Shown here piece after piece: positions 49,658-59,220 of a DNA stretch of 64,000 bases. The notes beneath the pieces are model-generated. The model was not told the origin of the DNA. It worked only from the letters and a program-made list of their open reading frames with translations, and made no database searches. The position numbers and the translations under genes were made by a program. Source of the stretch: a virus. The DNA is taken from IMG/VR virus record IMGVR_UViG_3300025849_000009, one strand, 5' to 3'. The stretch's first letter is position 1, and every line of letters starts with the position of its first letter.

Positions 49658-50542
49658 TTATTTAGAGCAAGGTGCGTCTGGGTTATTTGTTGGATTATTG
49701 TCAGCATTTCCAGGTGCAGTTCCGTCTGGTTCATTTCCTCCTAAGTTATCAGCCGTATCTGTTTTACCACCATTTTCTCCACTTCCAGTTCCACTTCCAG
49801 TTCCACTTCCATTCCCTGCTCCACTTCCAGTTTGAACAACTCCACTATTACTTGATAAAAGATCTTCATATAAGCTTCCTGCTCCACCATTAAAACCTAC
49901 TCCTGCTCCTGATCCACTTCCACCTGTTAACTGTGAATTATCATTTCTATCTATTATAAGCTCAGCTACATTTGATTCTTCGTCTGAAGAATTATCAAAC
50001 TTATCCTGATTTCTAATATCAGATAATATAGAATCAACCACATCATCGGTTTGTGGTCCCATACCGAATCTAATATTAGAACCGTCGAACTCGTAATTTT
50101 TTCGACCAACTGGAATAACATTAGGTGGCAATAAGTTTTCTTTATTATATTTCTTTTTAAGTGCCTTTAATCTTCTTTGATCAGTTTTACTTAATCTCTT
50201 AGTTTTTATAAATTGATTTTTAATAGGATTGTCCTCGTACATTTGTGGTGATTCTAATCTAAAATAAGGAATAGTGTCCATAGGAATCCAAAGTTCTTCG
50301 CCTACATTAATAGAAAAAGGATCAGAGACTCCATTGAATTTTAATATAATGTCTAATCCCGAAGTGGTACCATAATGCTCGGTAGCAATTCTATCAGGTC
50401 TTACTAAATCATCATCCTTAACAATGTGTTTAGCAACCATTACATAATCTTCGGGATTTAAACTTCCGAACAACATAGTAGGTTGAGCTAAAAATAATTT
50501 ACCGTCTCCTACTTTTTTATTTACAAATATTTTAAACTCCAT
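49658..50542 (-). CDS. gp53: Baseplate wedge LysM-like protein (gp53-like) with Gly/Ser/Asn-rich tail
   Basis: HIV...RPDRIATEHYG...ILKFNGVSDPFSINVGEELWIP. Confidence 0.75.
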   Translation of the reverse strand: MEFKIFVNKKVGDGKLFLAQPTMLFGSLNPEDYVMVAKHIVKDDDLVRPDRIATEHYGTTSGLDIILKFNGVSDPFSINVGEELWIPMDTIPYFRLESPQMYEDNPIKNQFIKTKRLSKTDQRRLKALKKKYNKENLLPPNVIPVGRKNYEFDGSNIRFGMGPQTDDVVDSILSDIRNQDKFDNSSDEESNVAELIIDRNDNSQLTGGSGSGAGVGFNGGAGSLYEDLLSSNSGVVQTGSGAGNGSGTGSGTGSGENGGKTDTADNLGGNEPDGTAPGNADNNPTNNPDAPCSK

Positions 50543-50556
50543 TTTAATAGTTTATT

Positions 50557-52401
50557 TTAACCAGCAGCCATATCAGATATTCTACTCATATATGGTTTAT
50601 TAGCAAGATTTCCTTTACCAGATTTATCTCCATATGCATCTACATTTAACATAGCGTTTATGTCTATTCCTTCGCCTTCACCCCATTCTGGTTGTAAATA
50701 CATTCTACCTCGACCAGCATTAAACATAGATTCAATATCTGTTTTATCTCTTGGTCTTCCAGGTTTTAGACTAACTTCAACTTTCATTTTAGTAGGAAAT
50801 CCCTCAAAACCAAGTGGTCCTTCAAATGAAAAATTAGTATCTTCTAAACATAAGTTTCCACATACCATTATAGGATTCATTGGATTACCTATAGTCACGT
50901 GCCAGTTCCCAGTTGGATCACCCGTTAAGAATGCTTTAATTACATCACCACCACTAGGTCCTCCCATCAATTTCATTAAACCTCCACCTACAATATTTTC
51001 AAGAATAGAAGAATCACCTAGGATTTTATTAATACCCTCTCCATTAGCAACGTTAGATGCTGTTTTCTTTAATTGATCCATGAAGTTTCCACCCATACCT
51101 GCAAGCGTGTCAGCAATAGAGCCTAAATAACCTGCATAATCACCTTTCTCTAATAAAGCTGTATTACCGAATGGCTTACCAGTATTTCCGGTTCCTGAGA
51201 ATCTAGTAGCTCCTCCCCAAAAGGGTGCGTTACTATATGTAAGTGCCAATACATTGGCTAATGTATCCATAAACGCTACTTTTGGACTAGTACCTGGATA
51301 TGCCTTTAAGTCATAATGAAAAGATAATTTAAATTCTTGTTCAAATTTAAGCCCCTTTTCTCTAGCTAAAACTTTATCTATAATATTAAGAGGTCCAAAC
51401 ACTTTGTTTGGATATGTTTCTTTAGTATGATCTACGTTACCTGCGTTTCTAAGTTTTTTGGCTTGAACCGATGTAAAACCATTTAAACCAGATTCAATTG
51501 CTGCACCATATTTACTATTATCAATCATACTTCCAGCCGCACCTCTATCAGCTTGTCTTGATTGTGCATCTTGTATTTCTGATTTAGCTTCTTTCCATTG
51601 ATATCCAGTTGTAAATTTTAATATTTCTTTTAAATCATTACCTAAACCTGGAGATAACCACGTTACAGCTCTTGCCAAATCAGGTGCAGAAGAATCTACC
51701 TTTTTAGCTTTAGTTCCTGCAGTTTTAGGACTTAATAAGTCATCACCCACAGGATATGCAAATCTCCTAAGTGTAACCAAATAATCATTAGATATTTGGC
51801 CGTAATGCTCCATTTGAATAAAATCACTATAACTGTAAGAGAAGCATGCACCACCAACAGATTGCGAGTACTCTACTATATTTCGTGCCGTTGGATTTTT
51901 TTGTAAGTTTTCGGCTAATGCCGCAGTTACTGGTTTATTATATGTTTTTCCATTATATTCTGTACCGGAATCTTCTGAAACTGTACCAGCCCTGTTTTGA
52001 TATCTATGTAATGTCCAATTATTAAATAAACTTCGAGGTGCTTTTCCAAAAGTAACGGTTTCACCTTTGTCTTCATATGTGTCTCCTTTTTCACCGCTCA
52101 CTACGGATTTTATAGGATACGCTCTAGAATCTACGCCCTTTTCAGGATACATTGAACTTGTACCCTGTGCTTCACCGAAAACACTTTCTTGATTTAATGT
52201 TGTTTTACCTGTTCCCTTCTGATCTGCCGCTGATGGTTTAGGAGAATCAAGAGCACCAGATTTTGGTGTTCTAGTTACAACTTCTCTTCCATTTACAGTG
52301 TCATCATAAAAATATTCAGTTACTTCTAAACCTGTAGTTTTATCAACAACATTTAAAACCTTCTTAAAAATAAAATTTGCATCGTTACCAATTCCAGACA
52401 T
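50557..52401 (-). CDS. Putative baseplate tail-tube cap/initiator (gp48/gp54-like)
   Basis: FKLSFHYDL, WHVTIGNPMNPI, GFEGFPTKMKVEVSLKPGRPRD. Confidence 0.5.
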   Translation of the reverse strand: MSGIGNDANFIFKKVLNVVDKTTGLEVTEYFYDDTVNGREVVTRTPKSGALDSPKPSAADQKGTGKTTLNQESVFGEAQGTSSMYPEKGVDSRAYPIKSVVSGEKGDTYEDKGETVTFGKAPRSLFNNWTLHRYQNRAGTVSEDSGTEYNGKTYNKPVTAALAENLQKNPTARNIVEYSQSVGGACFSYSYSDFIQMEHYGQISNDYLVTLRRFAYPVGDDLLSPKTAGTKAKKVDSSAPDLARAVTWLSPGLGNDLKEILKFTTGYQWKEAKSEIQDAQSRQADRGAAGSMIDNSKYGAAIESGLNGFTSVQAKKLRNAGNVDHTKETYPNKVFGPLNIIDKVLAREKGLKFEQEFKLSFHYDLKAYPGTSPKVAFMDTLANVLALTYSNAPFWGGATRFSGTGNTGKPFGNTALLEKGDYAGYLGSIADTLAGMGGNFMDQLKKTASNVANGEGINKILGDSSILENIVGGGLMKLMGGPSGGDVIKAFLTGDPTGNWHVTIGNPMNPIMVCGNLCLEDTNFSFEGPLGFEGFPTKMKVEVSLKPGRPRDKTDIESMFNAGRGRMYLQPEWGEGEGIDINAMLNVDAYGDKSGKGNLANKPYMSRISDMAAG

Positions 52402-52422
52402 AAATATGAATTTCTTTTTTTA

Positions 52423-52430
52423 TATATATC
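52423..52430 (-). promoter_or_regulatory. Late-promoter motif GATATATA at the head of the baseplate operon
   Basis: Intergenic, upstream of 52401. Confidence 0.7.
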
Positions 52431-52455
52431 TACTTATTGTAGTAGGATAATATAT

Positions 52456-53055
52456 TTATACCCATTCAACGTTGTCCATCTCATCGGTATCAGGTCTATA
52501 TAGTAGATTATCAGACCATTTGTCATCTTTAGGATATTTATCTCCTAGAAATTTTTGTAAAGATTTTACGTATTCACCCTTTGTGTGCCAGTAAAATTCA
52601 CCATTTCTATATGAAGATCTATTTACTAGCTCATACAACTCTTTCAGTTTCATCTCAACATGGAAGGTTTGTATTCTATTAAAAAGATTTTCTTGTTCAA
52701 CCCGAGTTCTCGTACAGAATACAGAGTCAACCACAATCATATATTGTTTCCATTTAGCACCATTGAATATGTTATTCTCAATATCTGCAACTGTAGAATA
52801 TAATCCTCTTTTTAAATTTATTTTAGTGTCCTTTCCCTCAAAGTTTTTAATAAATCGCCCACCAAAAAGATTCTTTTTTAAGAAATATACTGGATCATAG
52901 AACTTTTTAATTCTAAGTTGATATTGAGGGTTTACGTCATCAAACTTTACATCATAAATTGTAGCCCTAACAGGAATTAATAAGTTAGGTTGTTGTGTAG
53001 TAGAAATAAGGGCATGAATTTGATCACCCTTAGAAAAAAGTTTGTGTTTAATCAT
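52456..53055 (-). CDS. Hypothetical protein
   Basis: 199 aa, overlapping-operon arrangement. Confidence 0.6.
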   Translation of the reverse strand: MIKHKLFSKGDQIHALISTTQQPNLLIPVRATIYDVKFDDVNPQYQLRIKKFYDPVYFLKKNLFGGRFIKNFEGKDTKINLKRGLYSTVADIENNIFNGAKWKQYMIVVDSVFCTRTRVEQENLFNRIQTFHVEMKLKELYELVNRSSYRNGEFYWHTKGEYVKSLQKFLGDKYPKDDKWSDNLLYRPDTDEMDNVEWV

Positions 53056-53461
53056 TGTTATCTATGAATCGAACATTGTCAAATTTACTTAAGACGCCTG
53101 TTTTTGGAAAGTCGCATCTATTAACCACAAGTAAATCTAATTCACAATCTTCTTCAACCATAGAGTTAATAAAGTCTCTGAAACCATTAACGGTATCTGC
53201 ACTTAAGGATTTAAACATATAAAGAATTTTAACATCATCGCGTTCATCTTTTGCATCTAAATCCCATAAAACCTTTTGAATACTTTTTCTAATGTATATA
53301 GAAATAATAACATTAGAAGGTTCGGCGTTATTAGGATCACTTTTAATCAAACGATTAAATATATCATAATAAGATACAGACAAATCATAGTCACCTTTTT
53401 TAGACAACTTATCAAACTCTGTCCTTGTTTTACACCAAACTCCTTCTATTTTTACATTCAT
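53048..53461 (-). CDS. Hypothetical protein
   Basis: 137 aa, TAATG coupling. Confidence 0.6.
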   Translation of the reverse strand: MNVKIEGVWCKTRTEFDKLSKKGDYDLSVSYYDIFNRLIKSDPNNAEPSNVIISIYIRKSIQKVLWDLDAKDERDDVKILYMFKSLSADTVNGFRDFINSMVEEDCELDLLVVNRCDFPKTGVLSKFDNVRFIDNND

Positions 53462-53784
53462 TATTTTAACATGGATCCAAGCCTTTTGATTTCTTTCTCT
53501 AAGATTTGGATTTTATTTTTAATTTCGCTGTCAGATGTACTTATGTGTTGTGCACCCCATCCAACATATATCTGAAGAAGATCATTATCTAATTCAGTTC
53601 CTACGTCCATTCCTAAATCAAATATCAAGTCTTTTATAAACTTAACTTGATTTGATCTTTTCATTGGCCCTTCAAATTCATAAACTTGACGAGCCTCAAA
53701 GTCTTCTCCACCCCCATTGATGTTATCATCAACTAGAGTTTTTATTACACCATTATCTGCGGGCTCAATACCAATACTTAACAT
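53461..53784 (-). CDS. Hypothetical protein
   Basis: 107 aa with C-terminal coiled coil. Confidence 0.6.
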   Translation of the reverse strand: MLSIGIEPADNGVIKTLVDDNINGGGEDFEARQVYEFEGPMKRSNQVKFIKDLIFDLGMDVGTELDNDLLQIYVGWGAQHISTSDSEIKNKIQILEKEIKRLGSMLK

Positions 53785-53787
53785 ATA

Positions 53788-54201
53788 TTATTGTTTTCTA
53801 GATGCTAAAGAATCTTTAGCTTTTTTTCTTAGTTCTTTTGCTTCTTTTTTATCATCCTTCCAAGTAGATTTATCTTTTGCAAAGTGAATAGCTGCAGCCT
53901 CTTCTAATAATTCAATTTCTTTAGAATTATATCCAATCTCATACCAAGTTTCTTTCATGCTTTCTAATTTAACCATGAAGTCAGCTTCTAATTGTTTATC
54001 TATAGCTTCTTTTCTTATAGATTGAATATTAATACCGTTTTTCATATTTTCAGCTCTAAAGTTTGCACGAATAGGATCTAAGAAATTCTTTTTACTAAGA
54101 TACTTTAATACACCCTGTTGTTTTAATCTGTATCTACGTTCTCTGCGATTAGGAATCGCTTGAGTCTCTGTCTTTTGTGCTTGTGTTGTTTGTTCTTCCA
54201 T
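53788..54201 (-). CDS. Hypothetical basic protein
   Basis: 137 aa, PNRRERR motif. Confidence 0.6.
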   Translation of the reverse strand: MEEQTTQAQKTETQAIPNRRERRYRLKQQGVLKYLSKKNFLDPIRANFRAENMKNGINIQSIRKEAIDKQLEADFMVKLESMKETWYEIGYNSKEIELLEEAAAIHFAKDKSTWKDDKKEAKELRKKAKDSLASRKQ

Positions 54202-54748
54202 TATAATAATTATTAATAAATGATTCGATTTGTTCTTTTAATTGCTCTCTTAGGTTATCTATCTGATCTTCTACGAGCGCTTCAATTTGGCTGTTTAAGT
54301 CCTTTTTAGTAATGTCCATTTGATCTTTAAGCAATGCATATATTTCTTTAGAAGGAATATTTATTTTAACAGGCATGGATGCCGTATTTTTTGCACTCAT
54401 TTTTTTGAGCATCTCTTGCATCACATTAATCTCAGCTATTGGTTCAGCATCTCTTCTTGGTCTTACTGGCCTTGCAGCTTCAGGTTCAGCATCTCTTCTT
54501 GGCCTTACTGGTCTTGCAGATTCTGTGTTTTCAGATACAATTCCACCAAAATCTTTTGCTATTTGATGTGCTTGATCTATATCAGCGGCTGGAAGTAAAA
54601 ATTCTGCAACAACATTCTTGTTACACCTAGTACCATCCGTAAATTCTAACCACTCTTTATCTGTTTGAATTTCAGATATTTCTACAACTTCACCCGATCT
54701 TTCTGATTTAACCCAAACATAAAATTGATTCGTTTCTTTTTTGCTCAT
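54149..54748 (-). CDS. Hypothetical protein with internal duplication
   Basis: Likely start MSKKETN at 54748, which avoids overlap with the upstream gene (ORF track starts at 54781). Confidence 0.6.
   Translation of the reverse strand: MSKKETNQFYVWVKSERSGEVVEISEIQTDKEWLEFTDGTRCNKNVVAEFLLPAADIDQAHQIAKDFGGIVSENTESARPVRPRRDAEPEAARPVRPRRDAEPIAEINVMQEMLKKMSAKNTASMPVKINIPSKEIYALLKDQMDITKKDLNSQIEALVEDQIDNLREQLKEQIESFINNYYNGRTNNTSTKDRDSSDS
54441..54519 (-). repeat. Two copies of a 37-nt unit at 42-nt period (ARPVRPRRDAEP)
   Basis: Copies at 54441-54477 and 54483-54519 with synonymous differences. Confidence 0.9.
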
Positions 54749-54752
54749 GATT

Positions 54753-54983
54753 TTATTTATTAATATCTGTATCCATTTCATTTTTTACAAATATTTGTTT
54801 GTATTCATTATATGCGAAATCTGTAAAAGGTTTAATAAACGCATGTGATTCATTTGATCCAATAGTGGCGTCAGACTTTTGAAATCGTCTTAGCCAATGT
54901 TTACCAAATTCTATTTCACCTAAATTTTCTAATTGTTCTTTGAGTCTATCTACCTCTGGTAAGTTTAGTTTATTAAATCCCAT
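54753..54983 (-). CDS. Small hypothetical protein
   Basis: 76 aa. Confidence 0.6.
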   Translation of the reverse strand: MGFNKLNLPEVDRLKEQLENLGEIEFGKHWLRRFQKSDATIGSNESHAFIKPFTDFAYNEYKQIFVKNEMDTDINK

Positions 54984-54994
54984 GTTATTTTATT

Positions 54995-55885
54995 TTAGTT
55001 ACCTCTTCTGTTGTTAGACCCGCTGCTTCTAGTTGTTGATCTAGAATTATTTGTAGGTCGTGTACTGTTGTTATATACAGGCCTTGTGTTATTGTTTCTA
55101 ATTACAGGCCTTGTATTATTGTTTCTAATAACTGGCACTCTCGGCTTCTCTCTAATAACTGGCACTCTCGGTTTCTCTCTAATAACTCTAGGCTTAGTAT
55201 TATTAACCGGGGTATTTTGATTCAGATACACTCTAGGTTTTGTATTAGTTCTAGTGTTATTAGTATTGGTTCTAGTTGTTCTAACTCTTCTATTACTAAC
55301 TACTTCATTACTAATTGAACCTCTTCTACCATTAACATTTACAGTATTTGATCTATATCTGTTTTGCCATGCATAGTTATTCATTTGGTTTCTCCAACCC
55401 CAGTTATTGTAATATCCATTCCAACCGTAATAGTTATTCCATCCATAACCATATCCATAACCCCAGTACACATTGCCCATCCAGTTATTATATCCCCATC
55501 TATCATATCCAAATGGTGACCATCTATGTGGTGTGAAACCCCATGCCCAGTCATTCCACATTCGATCTCTATCCCAGTAATTGTAATAGCTATAACCCCA
55601 GTTATTTCTATTCCAGTTATATCTAGTACCTAATAGACGATTGTTCCAATCAAATGATCTAGGTTGGCTTAATGCGTATCGAGCAAAATCCAATCTAAAA
55701 TTAAAATCTGTTCTTAATCTATTTCTAAATTGAAATTCACTTAAAGTATCAATCTTCACATCGTCTGCTACCACTATATAATTTTCATCATCATATATTG
55801 GATCGTGATTAAGCGTAGATAATTGCCAACTAGCTCCACAAGATGATAACATAATTAACGAGATAATTGCAAATAGTTTTTTCAT
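54995..55885 (-). CDS. Lipoprotein with W/G/Y/N-rich and R/N/T-rich low-complexity regions
   Basis: Signal peptide MKKLFAIISLIMLSS-C lipobox; DPIY motif; repeats PRVPVIREK and PVIRNNNTR. Confidence 0.75.
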   Translation of the reverse strand: MKKLFAIISLIMLSSCGASWQLSTLNHDPIYDDENYIVVADDVKIDTLSEFQFRNRLRTDFNFRLDFARYALSQPRSFDWNNRLLGTRYNWNRNNWGYSYYNYWDRDRMWNDWAWGFTPHRWSPFGYDRWGYNNWMGNVYWGYGYGYGWNNYYGWNGYYNNWGWRNQMNNYAWQNRYRSNTVNVNGRRGSISNEVVSNRRVRTTRTNTNNTRTNTKPRVYLNQNTPVNNTKPRVIREKPRVPVIREKPRVPVIRNNNTRPVIRNNNTRPVYNNSTRPTNNSRSTTRSSGSNNRRGN

Positions 55886-55896
55886 AATAATAGATT

Positions 55897-57627
55897 TTAT
55901 TTTATAGTCTTAACCCTCTCTGTGAAACTTGGAGGAAAGAACCCTGGTTTATATATCAAACTCCTGAAGCACGCATCCAAAACATATGTCACTGCCCAGT
56001 CATTCTCATTTCTTACAGACCTTCCAACACCTTGCATAATACTGATTCCAGTTTTCCAATCATACCACTCATTTGACGTTTGCATTTTAGCTTTAATTAA
56101 AGGATCACCTAATGATGGGTATGGAACTTTAAAGAATATTTGAAATCTACTAATATCATCTTTTAAATCTAAACCTTCTAATAAAGACGGTCCCATTAAT
56201 ACGGCACCCTCTTTCTTTTTAAATAAATCTAACATTACCGATTTCTCTTTGGAGTTTTCATAATCCATGAGTCTAAATGTATGTTTAGAATTTTGTTTTA
56301 TAAAATTAGTAAATGCATAAGATCCAGTGTGTATAACGCCACGCTGACCTTTATGTTTAGATATAATCTGATCTAAGATTTCTACAACTTTAGGTAAACT
56401 TTTTTCTCTTTCTCTAAAAGAAAGTTTATGTCTATTAACAAATACAATAGGAGATTTATCATAATTAAACACATTGTCCATTCTGATAAACTTAGCATTC
56501 TTAATTCCCATTATTTTAATAAATGCTTTAGGATCTCCAATAGTTGCACTCATAAAAACTTTAAAGTCAGCCTTCTCGTGCAAATATTTGTTAATCATTA
56601 AACTTTCTTCTACACACATGAATTTTGCTTCATGTTCATTTTGATCTAAAACCATTTTATCGATTCCAACTTCTTTGATTAAACTCAAATAATCTTCAAC
56701 TTTACAATGAACGTCCTTAAGTCTATCAAAATGTCCAAATGAAGTTTGCCAATCTTTTGGTACTCCAGTATTTCCATATCTTCTCTTAGCTAATTTATTA
56801 GCAACCTTTCTAACTTTACCAAAACCATGCAATATTCTTTCAAATTCACTCATGGCCGAAAACACGTCATGTTTATCTCCAGACATCATTTCATTTACGA
56901 GATGTTGTATTTTATTTTTTGTGTATGTGGCTTCTTGAAATCCTTGTCTACTTGCAAATCTATTTAAAGTTACCATTTTATCTACAATAGTCTGATCTAT
57001 TCTAGGACTAAAATGACTTTGAACTATATCATCAACTCTATGTGCTTCGTCAAAGAAAACAAAATCACGTTGTTCAAATGGGATTGTTCTTTCTTCTTGT
57101 TCCATTTTGGCTTCAACATAATTTCTTTGAATTAACCAAAAAGAATAATTTAATAATGAGACTGGTTGATCTATTGCTCGCCGCCTATTCTGAAGGTATT
57201 CACATGATCCATAACATGACAAAGATTCTGCTTGTTCATATCCCATTCCTTTTAGTTTGCAATCTCCGAGTGAAAATGGCAAACCATTAACGGAGCATTC
57301 ATAATTATCAACACCCTTAATTGATGGCCATCGTAATCCATATTTATAAAAGTCAGACTCATACTGATCTTGGAGACTCAGGTCGCTAGTAACCATATAA
57401 CCTCTATTACCAAGTTCTTTTAATACATGTGCTGACCACATCGCTATAAGTGATTTACCAGCACCAGTGGGTGCGTCAATAACTAATGTTGATTTTGGAT
57501 CTTCTAAATATGTTTCACATATCTTAGTAACAATTTCTCTTTGTCCTTTTCTAAATGTAAAGGATTTTCCAAATACATTTTCGTCTAATGTTTTTTGAAT
57601 AATTTGATCTATAGATCGTTCCAACAT
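55897..57627 (-). CDS. dinG: DinG/XPD-family helicase
   Basis: FRKGQ, DAPTGAGKS, four-Cys cluster, FFDEAH, MSATI, EGLD, KVPYPSL, QGVGRSVR, LDACF. Confidence 0.9.
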   Translation of the reverse strand: MLERSIDQIIQKTLDENVFGKSFTFRKGQREIVTKICETYLEDPKSTLVIDAPTGAGKSLIAMWSAHVLKELGNRGYMVTSDLSLQDQYESDFYKYGLRWPSIKGVDNYECSVNGLPFSLGDCKLKGMGYEQAESLSCYGSCEYLQNRRRAIDQPVSLLNYSFWLIQRNYVEAKMEQEERTIPFEQRDFVFFDEAHRVDDIVQSHFSPRIDQTIVDKMVTLNRFASRQGFQEATYTKNKIQHLVNEMMSGDKHDVFSAMSEFERILHGFGKVRKVANKLAKRRYGNTGVPKDWQTSFGHFDRLKDVHCKVEDYLSLIKEVGIDKMVLDQNEHEAKFMCVEESLMINKYLHEKADFKVFMSATIGDPKAFIKIMGIKNAKFIRMDNVFNYDKSPIVFVNRHKLSFREREKSLPKVVEILDQIISKHKGQRGVIHTGSYAFTNFIKQNSKHTFRLMDYENSKEKSVMLDLFKKKEGAVLMGPSLLEGLDLKDDISRFQIFFKVPYPSLGDPLIKAKMQTSNEWYDWKTGISIMQGVGRSVRNENDWAVTYVLDACFRSLIYKPGFFPPSFTERVKTIK

Positions 57628-58115
57628 ATAACTTCATTTACTTCGATACCAGCTTTCCTTAATAATTCTACTCCACCCATATCTCTATAGTCTTCTGAAT
57701 AAAATACTCGCTTAATACCTGATTGAATAATTAATTTTGCACAGTCAAAACATGGACATGTAGTCACGTACATGTCTGCTCCTTCAGAAGAAAGAGTAGA
57801 TTTACTGATTTTTGCCAAAGCATTTGATTCTGCATGTAATACTTCTCGTTTAGTTACCTCTTTGGAACAACACACACCTTCGCATTCATATCCTTTTTCA
57901 ATTAGTATCTGCATGTGGTCAGGATTATCTACATACCTGATTTGTTCCTCTTCACAATCATTATCAAAGTCATATGGCGTACCGTTATAACCTGTTGATA
58001 TAATCTGAGTATCTTTTACAATAATACATCCAACGCGCCTACGTTTAGCGTAAGATAATTTGGCTATTTGATAAGCCATTTGCATGTATATTAATTCTAC
58101 TGGAATTCTAGGCAT
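57609..58115 (-). CDS. cd: dCMP deaminase
   Basis: VGCIIV, STGYNGTP, HAESNA, PCFDC; likely start MPRIP at 58115 because ATG 58142 lies inside a promoter/terminator hairpin. Confidence 0.93.
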   Translation of the reverse strand: MPRIPVELIYMQMAYQIAKLSYAKRRRVGCIIVKDTQIISTGYNGTPYDFDNDCEEEQIRYVDNPDHMQILIEKGYECEGVCCSKEVTKREVLHAESNALAKISKSTLSSEGADMYVTTCPCFDCAKLIIQSGIKRVFYSEDYRDMGGVELLRKAGIEVNEVICWNDL

Positions 58116-58127
58116 ATTGTCTCTTAA

Positions 58128-58162
58128 ATAAAAAGGGTCCATGTATTATACATGAACCCTTT
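58128..58162 (-). terminator. Intrinsic terminator overlapping a promoter -10
   Basis: Minus strand AAAGGGTTCATGTA-TAA-TACATGGACCCTTTTT; 14-bp stem with one G.U, then U tract. Confidence 0.75.
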
Positions 58163-58172
58163 AAAAAGTTTA
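58145..58172 (-). promoter_or_regulatory. Putative early/middle promoter TAAAC-N17-TATAAT for the cd-dinG operon
   Basis: Same spacing as the sites near 12.8 and 13.0 kb. Confidence 0.55.
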
Positions 58173-58189
58173 ATCCGATGATACTTGGA

Positions 58190-58696
58190 TTATTTTGCTT
58201 CGTACATTTCTTTAAGCTCATCAATCTTTTTATTGTAAGCTTCTTTGATACCGTTTAGACATGCTTCGTACATTTCTTTAGTAAGTCCTTCTCCATGTAT
58301 CTCAGCGTTCGCATCTTCTGCTGACTGAGCAACTAATGTTGCAGCTAATGCTGCGTTTTCTTTAAGGTAAGACTCAACTGTGTGGTCAGGATAGTCATCT
58401 CCTTCATAGTCACATGCTTCTTTGACAGCACACTCATATGCTTCTGTCATCATTTCTGAAACTGCCTTTACAACCTCTTCCTCTTTTTCAACTTCTTCAG
58501 CCTCTTCAACGTCTTCAGTTTCTTCTTCAGTTTCAGTTTCTTCTTCAGTTTCTTTTTCGTCTTCGCCCTCTTTTTCTACTTCGATTTCATAATCTCCGTC
58601 TACTTTAATTTCGATTTCGTCTTCAGCTAACTTATCTGTATCCGCTAGATTTTTATTAGCAGCATACTCTTCGAATGATAATATTTTTTTGTCCAT
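58190..58696 (-). CDS. Highly acidic protein, putative prohead core/internal protein
   Basis: MDKKILSFEEY start; Glu-rich ETEEETETEEETE; late motif at 58716-58723. Confidence 0.6.
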   Translation of the reverse strand: MDKKILSFEEYAANKNLADTDKLAEDEIEIKVDGDYEIEVEKEGEDEKETEEETETEEETEDVEEAEEVEKEEEVVKAVSEMMTEAYECAVKEACDYEGDDYPDHTVESYLKENAALAATLVAQSAEDANAEIHGEGLTKEMYEACLNGIKEAYNKKIDELKEMYEAK

Positions 58697-58731
58697 GTTA
58701 TGTTGTTATTTTTATTATATATCTTAGTATA

Positions 58732-59214
58732 TTATAGTGTTTCTATTTTATTGTTTTTCATCCAAGTTGATAATTCACTTTCTGCTCTATCAAAAAGTCT
58801 ATTTCTGTTAATACTTAATCCAAAATTATTAAAGTATTCTTTCATTAAATAGTATGCAGGTTCTACTGATTCTCCATTAGCAACCATATCACTCACATGT
58901 TTTGAAACTTCATATGCATAATACGCGGCTTTTTCTGCCATAGGGTTTGTCATTGCATTATAAAAATCTCCACCGTAAAATTTACCTACAGTTTCTCCAA
59001 ACTTTTGTTTCATTTCTATCCATGAAATCCCTTCTAATCCAATCCATAATTTAGCTTGGACCGCCTTAGTGTCTTTTCTAATAAAACCTTCTTTTGCCAT
59101 ACCCTTAGTTATCTCTAGGATTTTCTTAGGAATTGGTAATTTGCCATTATCTTTTTCCCATGCTTTGATTTCTTTATCATTTACAAATGATTCAAATAAT
59201 TTTATGTATTTCAT
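58732..59214 (-). CDS. Hypothetical protein with capsid-targeting-like N-terminus
   Basis: MKYIKLFESFVND. Confidence 0.65.
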   Translation of the reverse strand: MKYIKLFESFVNDKEIKAWEKDNGKLPIPKKILEITKGMAKEGFIRKDTKAVQAKLWIGLEGISWIEMKQKFGETVGKFYGGDFYNAMTNPMAEKAAYYAYEVSKHVSDMVANGESVEPAYYLMKEYFNNFGLSINRNRLFDRAESELSTWMKNNKIETL

Positions 59215-59220
59215 ATCGAT

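Noticed and set aside
58116-58142. ATG 58142 as dCMP deaminase start
   Set aside because: Lies within the terminator stem just downstream of the -10 box; ATG 58115 fits better, though a leaderless start is not excluded
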